From positions 1 through 64,000 of the IMG/VR virus record IMGVR_UViG_3300029813_000275: DNA of 64,000 bases. One strand, 5' to 3'. A model generated the notes under the pieces. That model saw only the letters and a program-made list of their open reading frames with translations, searched no databases and was not told the origin of the DNA. A program made the position numbers and the translations under genes. Within the stretch, counting starts at the first letter, position 1. Each line of letters starts with the position of its first letter. Shown here one piece after another: positions 10,401 to 17,183 of the stretch. The DNA is from a virus.

Positions 10401-11714
10401 GATGAAGTTCTGGCAATCGGGCATGTATCTAATGCTGCATTGGATGCAAGTCTTTATTTCAGTGCAACAGATTCAGATAATCCTTTTTGCAGGGTATTTG
10501 ATGGGGTGGATTCGTATGCAAAATGGAGCTTAGGAGATAAGACTACAATAAAAATGCAGTGGGGCAATCTTGCGAGTTTGGCAGGTTATGATATTGTGCC
10601 GGCGGATCCCGGATATGGATTTTATTCTGATAATGTTTTTTTAAAAGGAAAAATTGTAGCGACTTTAGGCGAAATTGGTGGTTGGACAATTAGTTCGACT
10701 GCTTTAACAGGCGGGGCAAACGCAACAACAATAGCATTAACTCCTGCGACCGGAATCCATATGGGAAACGCTGTTTTTGCAGATGCTCCATTTTCGGTCA
10801 CAAATGCCGGAGTTTTGAAAGCAATAAGCGGCACAATCGGTGGATGGACGCTTGCATCAGATGCTCTATATACAGGAACGAAATATATAGCTGATGATTG
10901 GAGTGCAACAGGAATCACACTTGCAAATGATGGGGCAATACATACACCTAATTTTTATGTTAATACCAATGGCGAAATAGGGTTAAGACAAGTTGAAAGT
11001 GTTTTGTTTAAAACAGACATTAATAATTTAGGGATAAAAATTGCAGGAGGACATATTTGGGAAAATGAAATTAATTCAGATATTGGATATATAACAATTA
11101 ATAATGAAGGTCATAATGGAACTATGGATCATTTTAGACAACTTCAAATATATAATGGGAAAGGGGCAATGTTGGCGGAATTTAGTGGGTATTATAATAA
11201 AGTTAAATCATATGTTCTTTTGGAAAGTTCTGTAAATATTATTGATGGATATGCTGCTTACTTCTTCAATGATGGTAACCAGTCCAGCAGATATGGTATA
11301 GGCATACAATATGGAAAGGATATTCGTGATGGAGTAGCAGATTATCCTATTAGATTTTATGATGGTGATGGTGGTTTATCAGGATATATACTATCAAACG
11401 ACACTGATTTAACTCTCACACATATATCAGATATTTCATTAAAAGAAAACATAAAAGATTATACTATCAATGGGCTTGATATTATTGATCAATTACAGTA
11501 CAGATCATTCAACTTGAAAAAGAATCCAGATAAGGATAGGATAGTCCATGGTTGGATAGCAGATGAAGTTGAAAAGTTTTTACCTGAAATGGTATCAGTG
11601 GATCCTGAAACAGGATTGAAAACGATCAGTCAAACAAGGCTGATTCCTGTTTTAGTAGCTTCTGTAAAGGAATTGAAAAAGAAGATAAAAATATTGGAAG
11701 CTCAAAAAAATTAA
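7440..11714 (+). CDS. distal tail / tail fibre protein with C-terminal S74 intramolecular chaperone domain
   Basis: 1424 aa following the TMP. The C-terminus HISDISLKENIKDY...IVHGWIADEVEKFLPEMV...LIPVLVASVKELKKKI matches the peptidase S74 (endosialidase chaperone) signature. Repeated IGGWT(I/L).S.AL motifs. Confidence 0.85.
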   Translation: MAHVLEYYHEYYDIGGTLHRVELLQDGYSGGSTHIKKSDAVPVRMRHTGSKTDFEKTIIQGQELVFSFRVARDDVDTFDTLFESDYKDYKVKYYVGEELEFEGYVKPENLSKQFSKNPPYVEITLSATDALADLKNILFGDGSIINDKLTILEILKYALTPIGITLDFQIQLGTYESTYMAATECALKEIVVDARRFFTEKTGKTEILSCHEVIEAALKDFSITFKQRKGKYQITNHNELNSYQFIFDWSTLTQQSRTATGNIVDMIGYKYDPGIEQQKIRPLKTVAITHKNKDLGEPLVGVDNWNNWVIDFYSHTVLAGNVLQLYSSGESYDDYIQYTAGFTKITENDYIKITFDEILHAFTGGGIPSIKIKIEITRPDTSTLPPVYFPCYGEWNTCESYLAPAFKITASGDYIIKISFIPDPYNIWDWTTATFWVKDMVFSKIINTTEEYDLSNITYDKHYRQTSGKGIEIFETETLLADTLQVSEIGALLANGGAANTASWNTYGHTEGIRILDIYARNILNNRYNYKNYLRAEISDRNNNIDFDKILTILSKNYVCISYDRNFKECLITVELIELLTTQQDYSLISEFSLDSVDGVPIKEGVNINVVTSTTTPYHNELGGLYGASPYNHLSAAAYTNVGNLASMAYQATASYYTAAQLNAGQLNNLYYTETELNAGQLNNLYYTETEINTWRAEVTQTEMGYLHGVASDVQTQITARAIIGADAANDRIATWTGATTIKGEPNLTFDGAVLTNKGHRYQQFSTEAGKTDWRLTLANEDADLAKIFNYDVGGAAFKNMVLGNTTKLLYLDLANTRIGINRSDPAYTFDINGTGRFVGNLYGDANVQHKDFTTGFQGTNWQITDAGNGELNNLLVRGGLTVYELILNRLHYQCGGLIIGAGGGKIKTIHVATQGSEQLEFEDPAGNSILPFTVGAIVMVQDFDLNRTTIVKKIVRQVASITGQVLTLTTTAGWVIGDDVGAFAYGDEVLAIGHVSNAALDASLYFSATDSDNPFCRVFDGVDSYAKWSLGDKTTIKMQWGNLASLAGYDIVPADPGYGFYSDNVFLKGKIVATLGEIGGWTISSTALTGGANATTIALTPATGIHMGNAVFADAPFSVTNAGVLKAISGTIGGWTLASDALYTGTKYIADDWSATGITLANDGAIHTPNFYVNTNGEIGLRQVESVLFKTDINNLGIKIAGGHIWENEINSDIGYITINNEGHNGTMDHFRQLQIYNGKGAMLAEFSGYYNKVKSYVLLESSVNIIDGYAAYFFNDGNQSSRYGIGIQYGKDIRDGVADYPIRFYDGDGGLSGYILSNDTDLTLTHISDISLKENIKDYTINGLDIIDQLQYRSFNLKKNPDKDRIVHGWIADEVEKFLPEMVSVDPETGLKTISQTRLIPVLVASVKELKKKIKILEAQKN
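9423..9512 (+). repeat. tandem 45-nt (15-aa) repeat LNAGQLNNLYYTETE x2 inside the tail fibre gene
   Basis: Two identical peptide units; the DNA copies differ at 11 of 45 positions, all synonymous. Confidence 0.9.
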
Positions 11715-12097
11715 TGGTAAATCATTTCTCTTGTTGTTAAAACATTAAGATGTCCAAATATGATAGATTCTTTATTATAATGATAAGAATTTCCTGTAAA
11801 CATATCTTTTTCTTTGTTGTATTTTCCATAATATATAATAGAATAAAATTGATTTAGATGTACTTTAAAAGAAATTGTTGAATCATTCTCACTAAATTTA
11901 AAAATTTCCAAATGGTAAGTATAATATTCAATATCATGAATATTGAGAATTTCAAAACAGATGTTTAAACTGTCTGTTCTTTCTTTGTTGGTTGGCATAT
12001 AAGTTGTCCATTCACCTACAAAATAGGGTTTGATTTCATCTCTCTCGCATCCTAAAAATAGGAATATGAACACTAATGTTAATAATAACTTTTTCAT
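11711..12097 (-). CDS. lipoprotein (opposite-strand moron)
   Basis: MKKLLLTLVFIFLFLGC signal peptide with lipobox-like FLGC, followed by ERDE. Only minus-strand gene inside the late plus-strand block. Has its own TTTGTATAAT promoter motif upstream. Confidence 0.7.
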   Translation of the reverse strand: MKKLLLTLVFIFLFLGCERDEIKPYFVGEWTTYMPTNKERTDSLNICFEILNIHDIEYYTYHLEIFKFSENDSTISFKVHLNQFYSIIYYGKYNKEKDMFTGNSYHYNKESIIFGHLNVLTTREMIYH

Positions 12098-12139
12098 AAT
12101 TTTTGATTTTTAGTTTGAATAATGATTTAAATATACTAT

Positions 12140-12149
12140 ATTATACAAA
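12140..12149 (-). promoter_or_regulatory. promoter-like motif TTTGTATAAT (copy 1)
   Basis: Minus strand reads AAAAATTTTTTGTATAATATAG; about 43 nt upstream of the lipoprotein ATG (12097). Confidence 0.5.
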
Positions 12150-12206
12150 AAATTTTTGAAACAACTATATAAAAATAATAAATGTTTAACCAAAACCAAA
12201 AAAATC

Positions 12207-12581
12207 ATGATTGTAAATTTAAAACACGAAATTCTCGGCATTGATGATAAGCCAATTATCAATCCTCAAACGAATCTACCAAGGACTCTGCAAAGTGTCA
12301 TTATCGGAGCATTATTGTTCCCAAAAGGCAGGCGTAATCCACAGACCGGTGCAATAGAACAACCGGAAGACACTGATAAAGAAAAGTTTGAAAAGTATGA
12401 ACTTTACAAAAGAGTGAAAGCTGTTAATGTTGACGTGAAAAATGCAGATACAACAATTGAACTTACAGCTGAAGAAATAAGTAAAATTAAAAAACTGATT
12501 CATGAAATTGAACCCCAGCTTATTATGGGTCAGTGCTGGGATATGTTGGAAATGGGATACACTAAAAAAGACAAGAAATGA
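12207..12581 (+). CDS. hypothetical protein
   Basis: ORF open from TTG at 12156, but ATG at 12207 (MIVNLKHE...) is more plausible; stop overlaps endolysin start. Confidence 0.5.
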   Translation: MIVNLKHEILGIDDKPIINPQTNLPRTLQSVIIGALLFPKGRRNPQTGAIEQPEDTDKEKFEKYELYKRVKAVNVDVKNADTTIELTAEEISKIKKLIHEIEPQLIMGQCWDMLEMGYTKKDKK

Positions 12582-13027
12582 GAATTATCAACATGATAGT
12601 AATACATTGTTCCGCAACAGAAGAAGGGAATGACTATTCGGTTGCGGATATTACCCGTTGGCACAGAAAGCGTGGATTTTTTACTATTGCGTATCATTTC
12701 CTTGTACATCCTAATGGAACGATAGACGGGGCAAAAGAAGGATGTAGACCGATAAGCCGGATCGGAGCGCATGCTAAAGGTAAAAATCTTCATTCAATAG
12801 GTATTTGTTATATTGGCGGTATGAAAGACGGGAAAGCATCAGATACCAGAACTGTGATACAAACACATTCTTTAAGAGGGCTTGTTAAGGCATTACAATC
12901 AATGTTTGTTGGAGCGGAGGCTGTGGGGCATAGAGACCTCAGCGTTGATCTAAATGGTGATGGTGTTATAACAAAAAGTGAATGGATGAAAGAATGTCCT
13001 TCTTTTGATGTAAAAACAGAATTATGA
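12578..13027 (+). CDS. N-acetylmuramoyl-L-alanine amidase (endolysin, Amidase_2/PGRP type)
   Basis: IVIHCSAT....DITRWHRKRGF..IAYHFLV..NG....GR....GAHAKG.N..SIGICYIGG, classic T7-lysozyme-like amidase motifs. Confidence 0.85.
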   Translation: MRIINMIVIHCSATEEGNDYSVADITRWHRKRGFFTIAYHFLVHPNGTIDGAKEGCRPISRIGAHAKGKNLHSIGICYIGGMKDGKASDTRTVIQTHSLRGLVKALQSMFVGAEAVGHRDLSVDLNGDGVITKSEWMKECPSFDVKTEL

Positions 13028-13206
13028 AAATTTCAGTATATTTGACTTTCAGTAAAATTTGTGCCGGTGTAATAATTCTAATGAGTGTACTTTATGGGTT
13101 TATTTATAAAGATTCAACTGTATTTTTAGCCGGTGTAGGAATTGGAGCAGCCGGACTTGGCTGGAGACAACATAATCAAACAATTAGAAATAATGGGAAA
13201 AATTAA
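13024..13206 (+). CDS. holin-like membrane protein
   Basis: 60 aa, two hydrophobic helices, charged C-terminus, overlaps endolysin stop. Confidence 0.5.
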   Translation: MKISVYLTFSKICAGVIILMSVLYGFIYKDSTVFLAGVGIGAAGLGWRQHNQTIRNNGKN

Positions 13207-13417
13207 TGTTTATCGAATACTGTTTTTCATCTTACTTGGTATGTTATTGGGATTTGGGGCAGGCGTTTATGTAACTACAAAAACAATTCTTAATAATATG
13301 CCTCCATCTCAGGAAATTTCAATAGGTAAAATGAAACTTAAAGGGCAGGGGAATGTATTAGATGCTGATTTGTCCAATGAAATGCCAGTGGAAAAAAAGA
13401 AAAGAAGAAAAAAGTAA
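13193..13417 (+). CDS. membrane protein (holin/spanin-like), last gene of late block
   Basis: ATG at 13193 (MGKINVYRILFFILLGMLLGFGAGVYV...) gives one N-terminal TM helix and a KKKRRKK tail; the longer ORF from 13142 lies inside the preceding gene. Confidence 0.4.
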   Translation: MGKINVYRILFFILLGMLLGFGAGVYVTTKTILNNMPPSQEISIGKMKLKGQGNVLDADLSNEMPVEKKKRRKK

Positions 13418-13419
13418 CA

Positions 13420-13599
13420 TTAAATGTCTTTAAAAAAATCATTTAACATACACATCAATAAATACCATTGTTGTTTTGCCCAACCTGTAAATTTTTGCCC
13501 CTGCCGGTGAAATAATTTGCAATGAAGTTTTTGTATATGAAGCCTCATTTCAAGTTCACTGATTTTTGCTTCGAGTTCTTTTATAGTTTTTTTTGCCAT
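13420..13599 (-). CDS. hypothetical 59-aa protein (below ORF-track cutoff)
   Basis: MAKKTIKELEAKISELEMRLHIQKLH...; ATG at 13599 overlaps the 3' end of the upstream gene by 19 nt; ends 2 nt from the converging plus-strand stop. Weak support. Confidence 0.3.
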   Translation of the reverse strand: MAKKTIKELEAKISELEMRLHIQKLHCKLFHRQGQKFTGWAKQQWYLLMCMLNDFFKDI

Positions 13600-13931
13600 C
13601 CGTTTAATATTTTTTTTATTTCTATGGAGTTATCCACATATTTCCAAAGGAATCCACCACATGAATGTCTACGTCCTTTGCAAACAGCATTTATGGCGGT
13701 TTGATCAAAACCGTCGATTTTACCGGCATCTTTCCCACTTTTATATATTTTTATTACCTTTCCATCCTGATCCATTTGAATAACCGGTTTTCTCCCAGCG
13801 CAATATTGTGTCCCTTCTTCCCACCCAGCCACAAAAGCCCAGGCAATTCGATCACGGACAAAATAAGCATCAAAAACTTTTTGATCTGTAATTTCGATGG
13901 TTAATTTCTGAACTATTTTCAGCGCATCCAT
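13581..13931 (-). CDS. DNA-binding protein with NUMOD1-like C-terminal motif
   Basis: ...AGKIDGFDQTAINAVCKGRRHSCGGFLWKYVD resembles the helix-turn-helix module (..I..v..Gk.k.agGf.W.y) found at the C-termini of phage homing endonucleases; no nuclease domain present. Confidence 0.45.
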   Translation of the reverse strand: MDALKIVQKLTIEITDQKVFDAYFVRDRIAWAFVAGWEEGTQYCAGRKPVIQMDQDGKVIKIYKSGKDAGKIDGFDQTAINAVCKGRRHSCGGFLWKYVDNSIEIKKILNGWQKKL

Positions 13932-14147
13932 TTACGATGGTTCAATTTCTTTTAATATATCTTCAATTGTTATTTTTAAGCATTTTAAGAATTCAATATC
14001 AATACTATGAATTGCAAAGAGATTACCTACTTCACATGCTTTGAAACTTATTAATTTCTTATCATGAAATATTGCTTCAAAATTTCCAAAACCTTTGTGA
14101 TCCCATGTTAATGTTTTTATTTCTACTTTTTTTTCTGTTGTTTCCAT
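13932..14147 (-). CDS. hypothetical protein
   Basis: 71-aa ORF abutting neighbours in minus-strand array. Confidence 0.5.
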   Translation of the reverse strand: METTEKKVEIKTLTWDHKGFGNFEAIFHDKKLISFKACEVGNLFAIHSIDIEFLKCLKITIEDILKEIEPS

Positions 14148-14172
14148 AATTTCTTCTTTTATTTCTATAATT

Positions 14173-14796
14173 TTAATTTATTTGAGTGATACCTTTCACT
14201 ATTTTTGTTTCGAAAACTTTGTCGGCAGCTTCAATAATATCTTCCCGTGGTATACGTTCATCACTAACCATGATAATTTGAAAATTAAGTTTTTCAGATA
14301 TTTGTTTTATCATTTCTAAAACACGCTGGTTGGGAATTCGCCCTTTTAAATGTTTAAATGGTTCATCCAATATTATAACATTCCTGGATCGTGGCCTTTG
14401 CATACTCCAGGATGCAATTCTAAGGGCAAAAGCAGCTACATCAACAGCTCCTATTCCTGATGAAGATATAGGATCTACCTGATGATCATTCCGGACAAAA
14501 AATAAATCACATTCAGTTTTATTCCGCCGTTGGACAAATTCTACTTTCAATTCATATGGATTGTCAAATACCGCTGCAAGGGCAAGGGAAGTAATATCAG
14601 AAATATGAAAAGAAAGTTGAGTTTGTGTTTTTATACCAATTACTCGAATAATTTCTCTGGCTTGCTCATGTCGTCGTAAATCTCTGCCTTTTTCTTTTAT
14701 TTCACGATTGGAGGAAATAATGGATCTTTCAATTTCCAACTTTTGCCCTTTTTGCTGTTCTAATCGGTTACGTAGTTGTTGTATTTTATCAAACAT
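14173..14796 (-). CDS. Rad50/SbcC-like ATPase, C-terminal half (signature motif, Walker B, D-loop)
   Basis: N-terminal coiled coil, then ...PISSSGIGAVDVAAFALRIA (ABC signature-like) and RNVIILDEPFKHL (Walker B/D-loop), ...IIMVSDE (H-loop region). Confidence 0.7.
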   Translation of the reverse strand: MFDKIQQLRNRLEQQKGQKLEIERSIISSNREIKEKGRDLRRHEQAREIIRVIGIKTQTQLSFHISDITSLALAAVFDNPYELKVEFVQRRNKTECDLFFVRNDHQVDPISSSGIGAVDVAAFALRIASWSMQRPRSRNVIILDEPFKHLKGRIPNQRVLEMIKQISEKLNFQIIMVSDERIPREDIIEAADKVFETKIVKGITQIN

Positions 14797-15022
14797 TATA
14801 TTTTTCCTCCAGTTCTTCCGAGCCTTTATTTATTCTTTCATTAAACTGCTCAATTTCATTTTTCATTGTTTGTGCTTTTTCTTTCGCTTTTTCAACAGAA
14901 TTGCAATTCCATTGCTCTTTCAATTCTTTCATTACATATTGCTGACGCCCTTTTAATTCAGAGATTTTTGATTTGGCAACATCAATTTCTTCTTTGAGTT
15001 TAAATAATTCTTGTTCATTCAT
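14789..15022 (-). CDS. coiled-coil protein, probable descending coil segment of split Rad50/SbcC
   Basis: 77 aa, heptad-rich (ELFKLKEEIDVAKSKISELKGRQQ...); 8-nt ATGTTTGA overlap with the C-terminal ATPase half. Confidence 0.5.
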   Translation of the reverse strand: MNEQELFKLKEEIDVAKSKISELKGRQQYVMKELKEQWNCNSVEKAKEKAQTMKNEIEQFNERINKGSEELEEKYNV

Positions 15023-15024
15023 AA

Positions 15025-15222
15025 TTATTTATTTTTAAGTTCATTTGTTATCATGATAATAATTTGATCACTTACAAATTTAAGTTTAGTAAGCATAGGT
15101 TTTACTTCTGTGTAATGTGCTTTATTATTACTTATTTTTTTAATCATTTTAATAACATCATTATTGAATTGAAATCCTGATGATATCTTTGTCCTTAAAG
15201 ATTCTTTCGTTTTTCGTATCAT
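15025..15222 (-). CDS. hypothetical protein
   Basis: 65-aa ORF; overlaps upstream ORF by 62 nt, so internal ATG at 15147 may be the true start. Confidence 0.35.
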   Translation of the reverse strand: MIRKTKESLRTKISSGFQFNNDVIKMIKKISNNKAHYTEVKPMLTKLKFVSDQIIIMITNELKNK

Positions 15223-15364
15223 GATTAATGTTTTTAATTTTCATTTTTGCTTTTCTTTCATTCTCTCCTACATTAATTAGTTTGCATAATAAATAAACGA
15301 ATGCCACTCCTGCTCCAGCCAGGCAGGTAAGCATGATTTTCAAAACTTCATTTCCATTTTCCAT
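15161..15364 (-). CDS. small membrane protein
   Basis: 67 aa with one hydrophobic helix (IMLTCLAGAGVAFVYLLC). Confidence 0.45.
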   Translation of the reverse strand: MENGNEVLKIMLTCLAGAGVAFVYLLCKLINVGENERKAKMKIKNINHDTKNERIFKDKDIIRISIQ

Positions 15365-15380
15365 GATTATAATGGTTTAA

Positions 15381-15584
15381 TTATTCAATCAATTTTAGTA
15401 AAATTGTTTGCTCCTTTAACGGACACCAATCTGGGTTAATTGGTAGAAAATTTTTATCTTCTAATATAATTGTATAGGCATCAGAATTCTTTTTTTCTTC
15501 TAAACGACATGTCCATCCATCACAAAAATCATTCTGATCTATTACGGGGCAATTGATACATCCTTCAATATTAATTGTTTTCAT
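15381..15584 (-). CDS. small Cys-rich protein
   Basis: 67 aa; CINCP...CDGWTC...WCP cysteine pattern. Confidence 0.5.
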   Translation of the reverse strand: MKTINIEGCINCPVIDQNDFCDGWTCRLEEKKNSDAYTIILEDKNFLPINPDWCPLKEQTILLKLIE

Positions 15585-15793
15585 AGTATTTTATTGATTA
15601 TAGAATTATAATATTTTGCACTTCTAAGATTTTTATATGGATTATCCTTCTTCTTACCATTAGAAAATTCACAACATAAACTATCATGTCCATTTATAAC
15701 ATCATCATCATGACAACCACATTTACATTCCATTATTGTAGCCCATCTGTATTTATCATAATTTTTACAAAAATGGCAATTACATTTATTCAT
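15581..15793 (-). CDS. small Cys/His-rich protein
   Basis: 70 aa; CNCHFC...CKCGCH...CC pattern, ATGA-type overlap with the next gene. Confidence 0.5.
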   Translation of the reverse strand: MNKCNCHFCKNYDKYRWATIMECKCGCHDDDVINGHDSLCCEFSNGKKKDNPYKNLRSAKYYNSIINKIL

Positions 15794-15838
15794 AATATTT
15801 TAGTGATTAATGTTATCCTTAATTTCTATATTTATCTA

Positions 15839-16054
15839 TTAGTCAATTCTATAACAAGCTATTGCGGCATTTGCAATTAATTTTCCTGTTTTGATACTAA
15901 ATAAACCATATCCACTTTTGCACTTTATATCTTTTTTTATTATACAATCAATCCAATGTTCACAACATTCGTTGTCATGTTTTGTAACAGTAAACTTATC
16001 ACCTACAAATATAGGTTCAGCACTACCACAAATTAATCCTGTATTTTCTTTCAT
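15839..16054 (-). CDS. hypothetical protein
   Basis: 71-aa ORF in minus-strand array. Confidence 0.5.
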   Translation of the reverse strand: MKENTGLICGSAEPIFVGDKFTVTKHDNECCEHWIDCIIKKDIKCKSGYGLFSIKTGKLIANAAIACYRID

Positions 16055-16073
16055 GATTAAGTTATTTTAGTGA

Positions 16074-16430
16074 TTAACTAACTTGTGAATCGCCCAAGTA
16101 TTCTTCTAATATTTCAAATGCTTTTAAAAAGGCTGCTTCTTCAGCTTTTTTACGAGATTTATAACCATGTTGTCTATCCCTTGTTTTATGTTGAATTTCA
16201 TAACCAAACCCTAAAACTTTTGTATGATATTCACCCTTTAATGGAAATATATAAATTTCCTGTTCATCAAAGAAATCATATAAATCACGAATATCACCAC
16301 CATACATGATAATATCATCCATTTCTAAAAATTCCTTTTTAGTCATTGTTGCTTTTGGATCACCTTTAAACCATTTAAAAAATAAATTAAATGATTTAGG
16401 ATATTTTTTATTAATTTCTTTCCAGTTCAT
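16074..16430 (-). CDS. hypothetical protein
   Basis: 118-aa ORF in minus-strand array. Confidence 0.55.
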   Translation of the reverse strand: MNWKEINKKYPKSFNLFFKWFKGDPKATMTKKEFLEMDDIIMYGGDIRDLYDFFDEQEIYIFPLKGEYHTKVLGFGYEIQHKTRDRQHGYKSRKKAEEAAFLKAFEILEEYLGDSQVS

Positions 16431-16432
16431 GA

Positions 16433-16774
16433 TTATAGTATTTTAGTGATTAATGCTTTATTGTTTTCAATTTCAGCTTTGCAATACCGGTTATTTCCGA
16501 CATTGATTGTTTTTGGAAATGATGAATTTTTGTCTTTGACAAATATATTTGCATAACCGTATAAGGGCTTACTTGCATTTTCTATTTTAACCTCTCTTTT
16601 TGAGGCTTCGTATTCTTCAACTAATCTCTCATAACGTATTTTTCCTTCAGGTTCTTCTTCGCCACCAGATTCCCGTATTGAATACATTAAAATATCCCAA
16701 TCTGGCTTTGGTAATTCATGATACACAAAGATAACCTCGTTAGGCGTGAGTTCTATGTAACCTTGCTTTGTCAT
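16433..16774 (-). CDS. hypothetical protein
   Basis: 113-aa ORF in minus-strand array. Confidence 0.55.
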   Translation of the reverse strand: MTKQGYIELTPNEVIFVYHELPKPDWDILMYSIRESGGEEEPEGKIRYERLVEEYEASKREVKIENASKPLYGYANIFVKDKNSSFPKTINVGNNRYCKAEIENNKALITKIL

Positions 16775-16926
16775 TATCTAACTATTTTGGTTAATGGCAG
16801 TCTTATTCGGTCCCACTTATCATGATACCAACGGTTGTTGAATTTCGTTAGTATACATCCTTCGCCTAATCCTGGCAATTCTCTCCTGGTTTTGTATTTT
16901 TTATCCATAATTTTTGTTTGCTTCAT
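16774..16926 (-). CDS. hypothetical 50-aa protein (below ORF-track cutoff)
   Basis: MKQTKIMDKKYKTRRELPGLGEGCILTKFNNRWYHDKWDRIRLPLTKIVR; TAATG overlap with downstream gene fills an otherwise empty gap. Confidence 0.4.
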   Translation of the reverse strand: MKQTKIMDKKYKTRRELPGLGEGCILTKFNNRWYHDKWDRIRLPLTKIVR

Positions 16927-16949
16927 TGAAAAATTTCTATTTTACGTTT

Positions 16950-17183
16950 TTAATATACTTCCTTTTCTCCTACTAATTCTTTTAATTCTTTTTTGGATAA
17001 TTGTTTTTGTTGATATAACTGTTTTGCAAATTCATACAGGTCAAGTGGATGAGTATTTCTCAATAATGTTATATCAGACATTTTATCCACTGCATTTTTC
17101 AAAAAACAATTATGCGCTATCACATTCAATTCCATTTCTTGTCTTATTGTTATTGTCATGGTTTCAATTGCTATTCTTTTCAT
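16950..17183 (-). CDS. hypothetical protein
   Basis: 77-aa ORF, start overlaps stop of the Mre11-like gene. Confidence 0.5.
   Translation of the reverse strand: MKRIAIETMTITIRQEMELNVIAHNCFLKNAVDKMSDITLLRNTHPLDLYEFAKQLYQQKQLSKKELKELVGEKEVY

Noticed and set aside
12156-12206. TTG start for the ORF upstream of the endolysin
   Set aside because: The TTG lies immediately next to the divergent promoter motif (12140-12149), at the end of its A/T tract. An in-frame ATG at 12207 gives a more conventional start. This remains uncertain.
13522-13704. 60-aa plus-strand ORF at the convergent junction, with a TTTGTATATGA sequence overlapping its 5' end (13530-13540)
   Set aside because: It overlaps the 3' end of the NUMOD-like gene in antisense. 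The promoter-like sequence lacks the TATAAT core shared by the five conserved copies.
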